From the human T2T-CHM13v2.0 reference genome, Homo sapiens, in assembly GCF_009914755.1 (NCBI RefSeq), contig NC_060937.1: a stretch of DNA of 64,000 bases, one strand, 5' to 3'. The notes below the pieces were generated by a model. That model searched no databases. It saw nothing but the letters and a program-made list of their open reading frames with translations, and was not told the DNA's origin. The position numbers were made by a program, and so were the translations under genes. Below, one piece after another: positions 56,392 through 64,000 of the stretch. How positions within the stretch are numbered: the stretch's first letter is position 1; every line of letters begins with the position of its first letter.

Positions 56392-57199
56392 TTGCTGTGA
56401 CTAGAAGCTCATGGCACCCCCTCCCTTGGTGGGCCATCTCAGTTCTGGTAGGAGCAGCTGATTCTCATTGGCTCAAGTACTCTTAGGCAGCTTGTGGCAC
56501 TTCTGACAGGAGAAGGACAGCCACCTGCAGGCTTTTGCTTGCCCCAAGAGGTTATTTGTCAGCCTGTAGGCTCCTAATTACTTAGAATTAACATATCCAT
56601 ATTTCTATGCTTGGTCTTGATTGGAACGTTTATTCCCTAAATCAGAAACAGCATAAGAATATAAACAAGTCGTACTTCACATTTTAATTATCTCTAGTAG
56701 CATTTCTTCTTTTTTCTTGTAACAAATATAGAGCATTCTGTTAAATTATAATAAGTGATGACGGCTCCTAGCCTGCAGTTGGTGGGATATAAATTTCCAC
56801 TTCTGAAAACTGACACCCATGGATTTCAATAGAGCTAAGTGCATGGCTTTTGTGCTCAGGGTTCAAATTGTTTTCATTATTCAGTTTTTAGCCTTTCCTT
56901 AAAAGTGAACCTGCACCCAAAACTTGCTCACTGCTAACTCAGGACTAGACCACCTTTTCATTCCATTATTTTAAAAACATGACAGTAAATAATCCAAGGG
57001 TTCAAATTCATTGCTGCATTTGGTTTCCTGTCAGAGAAAGAAACAGAGAGACAATCAAATGGGTTTCATTGCCAGATTATAGAATCAGCTAATGAATTTC
57101 CAATTATCATTGCATTTATGCTTTATTATTTAAATGTTCAGAAGTGTGTGCTGTTATTCCAAGCCAAATTGGTTTTCTATGATTTGCCAAGATGACAAG

Positions 57200-57202
<3 letters not shown>

Positions 57203-57248
<46 letters not shown>
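57203..57248. repeat. (GT)n microsatellite
   Basis: About 23 perfect units. Confidence 0.97.
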
Positions 57249-57249
<1 letters not shown>

Positions 57250-57704
57250 TGTGTCTTTATTTGTGGTTATTTCATTATATGTGCTGATTTTTTTCCTTTT
57301 GATTCATAACAGAACTTGTTGGAGAGAGCCAATACATGATATTAGCAGATTTACTGTAAAAACCTCTTGAGGTTAATGATTTGTGGTTCAGAATGGAAGG
57401 GAAATTCATGGCTAGACATATGCACATCCTTACTGCCTTCTGCTTCAGCCTGACTTTCTCAGCATTGGTACATATCTTTGTCCTACCTAAGGACTGCTGC
57501 TATTTCTTTGACTTGTAGACAATTCCCTGAAATTGCAATAGGATAAGTACTAAAAAGAAAGTCCATAGCTGTGAAAAAGAAGCATTACAAAATATACACA
57601 ATTTACTATTTGCTTTCTCCCTGGGTAATTAGTGAAATAGAAGGAAAGTAAAGAATGCAGAGCTTTGATTACTGTCTAAAATATCTTATGCTGAAGAGAA
57701 ATCG

Positions 57705-58066
57705 CCATAGAGTTGCTTTCAGATGACCTTGACACAGACAGACTATTCTGGATTATCCAAGTGGACTCAGTGTAACCACAAGAGTCCTTAAAAATGGAAG
57801 AAGATGGTCGACAAGAAGGTCAGATGGTGTTATGTGAGAAAAACTTCACCAGCTTTATTTGGTTTTGAAGATGGAGGAAGTGGCCATCAGCCAAGGAATG
57901 CAGGCAGCTTCTAGAAGCTGAAAAAACAATGAAGCAGATTCTCCCCTAAAGCCTCCAGAGAGGAATGCAGCTCTGCCGACACCTTGGTTTTAGCCCAGTG
58001 AGATCTGTGTTGGACTTCTTATCTCCAGATGAGATAGATAATGAATTTGTTTTGTTTTATGCCACT
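57705..58066 (+). mobile_element. MLT1D-like MaLR LTR
   Basis: TTTGAAGATGGAGGAAG...GCCAAGGAATGCAGGCAGCTTCTAGAAGCTG...GCCGACACCTTGGTTTTAGCCCAGTGAGA. Confidence 0.85.
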
Positions 58067-58819
58067 GAAAAATGAATAGCCGAGGTTTTATATATTCAGG
58101 AAGAACACCAGAACTTGTTCATTCTAAATAAGGAGAGGACATATTAAGTGGATTTATTTTCCATTTTAGTAGTTCTCAATACAGAATTTTAAAACACAGT
58201 CTCCAAATATAACCAATACTGAGATAGGAATATGTACAGGAAGATATACAAATGTATGAATATATGCATCTACATCTACAGATACATATTATACACATGC
58301 ATACACACATATACACATATATACATACATATTGTGTTTCTTCTTCTTAGTCAATTTCTACTCTTCCTCCAATACCATCTTAGGTCTCATCCTTCAATGT
58401 GAGGTTTTTTTCATGATTCTAGTCTACAAGGTCCACTTCCTTCTCTCAACTGAGGTTTTTCCTATAACCTCAAATAATTCATAATCTCTCCTACAAAGGT
58501 AAGACTTATTTATTTAAAATGCAGCTGAAATCACTTTGTATGTTTAATTTCTACATATTACTGACTCCCTCACCAGATCATAAGCACTTTGAATACATGA
58601 ACTAATATTTCATTTCTTTATTTTGAATGGTTATAGTCAATACAGTGCCCTATGAATAATGGTGTTTAATACTGACACCATATTGATGAGAAGATGGACA
58701 AACTTCCTTTGTGAACCACGAGATAAATCTAGAATACTACTAAAGATATAGAATGTTATAGGAAGTGCCCAAAACATACTAGCATTGAAATTGCAGATAA
58801 ATGAATGACAATTCTGGGA

Positions 58820-58998
58820 CAACACTATCCAATAGAACTTTCTGAGATGAGGGAAATATTATGTATCTACACTCTCCAATATGGTACTCACCAGCCACAT
58901 GTAGCTGTTGAGCATGGGGTGTGACTGAATTTATTACTTTAATATGTCTAAGTATAAATAGCCACATTTGGCTGGTGGCCTCCATATTGGACAGCACA
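58820..58998. mobile_element. MER3 (hAT-Charlie)
   Basis: CACTATCCAATAGAACTTTCTGAGATGA...ATAGCCACATTTGGCTGGTGGCCTCCATATTGGACAGCAC. Confidence 0.85.
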
Positions 58999-59007
58999 AA
59001 GACACTT

Positions 59008-59011
<4 letters not shown>

Positions 59012-59057
<46 letters not shown>

Positions 59058-59082
59058 TGTGTGTTTTTTTGTGTGTGTGTGT
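59012..59082. repeat. Interrupted (TG)n microsatellite
   Basis: Directly visible. Confidence 0.95.
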
Positions 59083-60249
59083 TTTTTTTAATTTTTTTTT
59101 TATTATACTTTGATTAGTAGACTACTCTTTGAGTTCTAAGGGCTAGTGTAATAAAGGATTAGGGTCATTTTTCCACTTTCCTGATGCTTTTTTTTAATTC
59201 CTGGCGCACTGTATTAATAATGGTAGAGCAATGCTACCCAGAGTGGTCTATAATTCAGACCATGCAAGGAATTGTTTGTTACTAGTCCATGACAAATTAA
59301 GTACAGAAATTGAAAGTAAGCATTTAGAAGACTTACAGCCGCTTGATATTGACATAGCATTCAAATGTGGAGTCAGTGAACTCAACGCATTAAACAAGGC
59401 ACTTTGAATATTATTAAACCTGCACAGTATCATCTGGCATATAGCAGTAGGGCCAAATATTGGTCCTTGGAAAATCAGAAAATTTTAATAGCTGCCTCGT
59501 ATAGGACAGCTACAGATAGTTTAAAAAGTCCATGTATAGAGAACTAGAAATCAGAGGCCAAAATTATAGCCTATTCACCATAAATCAGCCAAGTTGTATA
59601 GACCAGACCTTTCAGAAAGATACGACTCAAAAATACAAGCACTCTTATAAACTATAAACTCCAGCCTTCTCAATTTGCAAATTAAAAAAACAAGTACTAA
59701 GAAGATGTGACATACTCAGCTACTTACATCAGAGCTTGAAGAACTTTCCTTCTAGCTCTCAGGCAACCTCTTTTTCCACTATGCTAAATGGATTTGGACC
59801 AAGAGAGATCTTACGATTCCCTCCCACAACAAATGGAAATCTGAGAATATTACTACAACACTTCCATAAAATCCACCATACAGTCAGCTTGTGCCTGTAC
59901 CAACTGAGGCTTTTCTCCCCTTTTTAATGGGTTGTCACATGATGAATTTAAAAGAAAATCAATGCAAACAAGGTATCCACATGGCTCAGTGCATATGGAA
60001 AAATGAATCAATGAAAACCACCCTTATACTAAACTTTTAGATTTGAACAAGGTATTGATTAGTTTTCTTTGTTTTGCTGAGCCATAAAAGGATGCTTCAT
60101 ATTTTGATTTCTGTCTTTGAAGTGTTCCTAGATAGTAGGCAAAAAATGGTAATAAACTGTTAACAGCTTAGGACTTCCTAAAAGGAGCCCAGAAAGAATC
60201 CAGCCAAGCAGTATTCTCTGCATTGGAAATAGGGCAGGGCTTAGTATTG

Positions 60250-60713
60250 AATGTGTAAGGGATGGCATTGGCACTCTAGCTAGATCCTCTTTATAAGCAG
60301 GTGCTTTCGATTCCCAGCCACACCTTTCTCTGAAAGATTGCCTTGGGCCACAGGAGCTATCTGGCATAAGAAGTTATGCCTCTTTTCCTTCTCCTGTCTC
60401 CAGGAGGTGGGGGCATTCAGCTGCCAAGAATGGACTGATCAGGAGTTTCAGATCTCCTGTGTCTTTTGTGTGTTTGGATATGGGGGTACAAATGTCTGGC
60501 CCCTTTGCCCAGAGGCAGGATTTACTGTGTGGTGCTCTGGAGCTCCTCTTTATAGGATAAGGCTGAAACCATATCTGTGCTGGCCCCATCCCTTCCCTTT
60601 TTCTGCTTCCTCTCACTTGCTTACAGATTTCTCCTAAGAGCACACCCTCAATAAATCACTTGCACAAGAATCCCCATCTCAGAGCACTGTTTTTAGAGAA
60701 TGTGACCAACAAC
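60250..60713 (+). mobile_element. ERVL LTR33-like solo LTR
   Basis: 3' end CCCTCAATAAATCACTTGCACAAGAATCCCCATCTCAG is typical of the LTR33 group. Confidence 0.7.
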
Positions 60714-63166
60714 AGTGTATGCCAACTGAAGACATTAAAAAGCTATTTTCTATTACCTCAAATATTTTGTCCTCTGGCTTGATTCAAATTCAGAATAATA
60801 TTTAATTATCTTATTATTCAAAAAGAGAAAACTAAGAGATATCTGAATTTTTTTATGCCTTTGAAAAGACTCTTGTCTCCTAAGTTTGGACTCCTTATTA
60901 TCGTTGATCACTGATTTCAGAGCAAAACTTCTGCTCTATTATAGAACATGTAGCTATTTCTGAGTTTGTGTTAATTGCTATTTCTTATCTGATGAGCCCA
61001 TTGTAAAAGTTTTTTCGCAAGAACTTAAGAAATTTCAAGTACATAAATAATTTCTTATGCAAATACAAAATACCTCATATTTTTAAATCTATGGAAAGTT
61101 TTAATATGTTATTTAGTGAAAGAGTTAATCAAATGTTTGCCCTTTGGGGCCATGTGAGGGAGCCTGCTTTATTAATTTATGATAAATAAAAATTTGTATG
61201 AAATAACAAATAAGAAAATATAATTTTCAATTTTATATTCAAATCATATCAGTGGCTCAGAAAATGGAATTTATTAGGAAGAAATCCTATCGCTCTTTGC
61301 ATAATTTTCTGGTGCTGAAACATGAGAAAAATCTGGCTGCTCATTACTATATCCTGGTTTAACATTGCTTTCAAATGCTCATTCACCAACCTAAGCTTTT
61401 TTCTTTCCTGTATCTCTGTGGAGTTCTCATAAAATATGCACTTAAGCTAATGTAAAAATAATGCATTCTTCCATTATGCTCCAAATCATTTCACAGTGTC
61501 ATGTGTTTGTTAATAAATTCAGTTGTCAGTCATCTCCTTTGGTAGCTATTTCCATTAGAGATTTAGCTACCATTTAGTGGTGGTGGAGTCACTAAAATTC
61601 CAATCACTATCTTCAACAATGTTTTATTTCTCTTTATTTTATTCATCCATGTGACCCAATTTCTTATTTCATCAAGAAATATCTAATAAATGATGTCTTT
61701 TTTTCTTCTATTTCTTCCTGAAATCATAATAGCACTGCAGAACCCCTTCTTTATTTGCAGAATTCCCAGAATAAAATTCTGTGGAATGGTCACTTGGGGT
61801 AAATACCACTGAACAAGAAATTTTCTATGGCGTTGAACAAGAGCAGAATCATTTGTGATCATTTTTAACTTTCATCCTGTGCTGATGGGGCCTATGGTCT
61901 TCTAAAAGCTAAACAGAACAAGACTTTCCAACAGAGAAAATATGAAATATACATTTTGTGGATGATAAAACAAATATTTATTGTTAGTCAACGTGATTCA
62001 AAAAATGCAGTCTCTACATTCAAATGGATCAAATCAGAAAAGAGAAGACAAAAAGACATAAGCAATCCTAATACAATGTGATTAGTCCCAGATGTCTGGA
62101 CAAGACTCTCTGGAAGCAGAGAGGTGAGGAAAACTTGCCCATTTGCTGTTTGGAAGAGACCGAGGGAAAGGTCACAGAAGATTACTAGTTGAAGTGGTTT
62201 GTATACTTGTATTGAAAAGGGCAGTTTTAAAGATACCGACCCTACATTATTTAATTCCCACATCTATCCTTACACTACTTAGGTATCTCTCTGTCAAGAA
62301 TCAATCTTGTTCGAATTTTTTATTTCTCTATCCTAACTACTTCTCTTCCATATCCACCAACTTACTAAGGATTAGGTAAAATCTACTACTGACAGGAAAG
62401 CCAAAAATAACAATGGCTTAAATGAGATGGAACAGATTTTCTCAGCTGGTGGGTCATAAAATGAACTGTTAATCAGAATCTGTAACACTAGTTTTTCCGT
62501 CAGCATCACCTCTCCTGCCAAATGGTATTGAGTTGGGTTTGTACAAAGACAGTCCTTTCTGTTTCTAGGGTCAGACTGCAGCTCTACTTCCCATAGCTAT
62601 ACTCAAAAGATTATAAGATGGGCCATTCAGAATGTTTATACTTATATCTGGGAAATCCAATTCCTACTGAAGTCTAAAGAGATCTGTGTCAGCTCTAGGT
62701 GCTCTCTTTTGATGGGCTGGATTTGGCAAATGTACATTCTAGTCTGGGCTGAGGCTGGAGTTTTTGTCGTTGAAAAGGAAATAAAATCTTCTGCCTTTTG
62801 CAAACTTTGACCAGAATTCATGAAGGAATAAATATATATTTATAAGCAATGATTACACATTAGCTGATGTTCAGAAAATTAAGAGAAGAGAAAGACTTTC
62901 ACACAAAAGAAAAGCTTGTGCAAGACCTGAACCTTGAGAATGTACATGTTAATCATAGTAAATGCAAATTCCCAGTGCAAAGAGCAAAAATCAACTTTGG
63001 GCAATATTGGTTACAGTAAATATGAATGTTTTTCTCCTGATCACCAAACTGGATCGTATATAAAATGTAGTTGATGCTGAGGGTTGATAACTGAGTTATC
63101 AGCTTTCTGGTATGTTGGAGAAATCATGCATTTAGAACATAACACTGAGTTTATTAAATTCATCGT

Positions 63167-63325
63167 GTTTTTTTTTTAATTACTTTTTAGAGATGGGGTC
63201 TTACTCTGTTGGTCAAGCTGGAGTGCAATGGTGCTGTCACAGCTCACTGCAGCCTCCAACTCCTGGGCTCAAGCAATCCTCCCACATCATCCTCTTGAGT
63301 AGCTGAGACTACAGGCATAACCCCA
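63167..63325 (-). mobile_element. FRAM/AluJ right-arm monomer
   Basis: AGCTCACTGCAGCCTCCAACTCCTGGGCTCAAGCAATCCTCCC; single arm. Confidence 0.85.
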
Positions 63326-64000
63326 CTCCTACTTTAAGTTTGCAGTTTAATTAGTAGCAAAGGCATTCATAGACCCTTAAAATTATAAAACGATATACAG
63401 TTGTTAAACAAGAAAAAGGAGAGATAGACAGACAGACAGAGAACTATTCAAAACTCCAAACTTCCAATATTGAACATCTCTGGATGTTTGTGGATACTGT
63501 AAGTTTTTCATATTTTTGTTAAAAAAAAAAAAAAGCAAACATCACTAACAAGGAAGATAGTCCCAAAGAGTTCTGGACTGATTAGAAATCCAGAGAGTAG
63601 CTGATTCTTGCCTCATATGAACTAGAACAAGTTTGAGGAACTAACAAATAAAATTTTTTCCTGAAATCACATGCTTGTTTTTCCATAAGACAACAATTAA
63701 AGAAAAAAATTGAAAAGAAAAAAATGGTAATTTGCATCATTCTTTTGGAATTTTGAGGAACATTGAATTTATTTATTTATTTATTTATTTTTGCTAAAGA
63801 GTTATTAGAAGACACTGTCCATTTTTTCAAACACCAGAGGCTCCTGCAGCTCAAAATTATGCTGACCTCCTCTGGCTCCCAGGATTCTGCTTGATCTTAG
63901 CTGTCCTGTTTTGATTCAGTAGCTCCCAGAATAATCCCAAATGCACATCATCACAGGGCTCTGAAAGCTCCATAATTAATGAGGAGGTGGGTGCTATTTT

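Overview
This window is AT-rich, CpG-depleted primate genomic DNA (human or great-ape-like, since it carries AluY, AluS and AluJ elements). It looks like a large intron or intergenic region. I find no credible protein-coding gene: the listed ORFs are chance ORFs, microsatellite or Alu read-throughs, or decayed L1 ORF2 pieces. The region is a mosaic of Alu, L1, L2, MIR, ERV1/ERVL/MaLR solo LTRs and hAT/Tigger DNA-transposon fossils, plus microsatellites and some repeat-poor stretches that look like cis-regulatory sequence. The most notable observations are: (1) a near-perfect 45-bp inverted repeat at 56291-56391 that I cannot assign to a repeat family; (2) a young 4 x 70-bp minisatellite inside an old L1, itself nested in MER33; (3) a 3'-truncated tailless 5S rRNA copy; (4) a probable very old CR1/L3 ORF2 fossil split by an AluSc; (5) motif-dense candidate enhancers and a few candidate cryptic or non-coding exons. 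Repeat subfamily names come from recalled consensus sequences and boundaries of old repeats are approximate. I cannot identify the locus, and I do not see convincing evidence for a novel multi-gene system.
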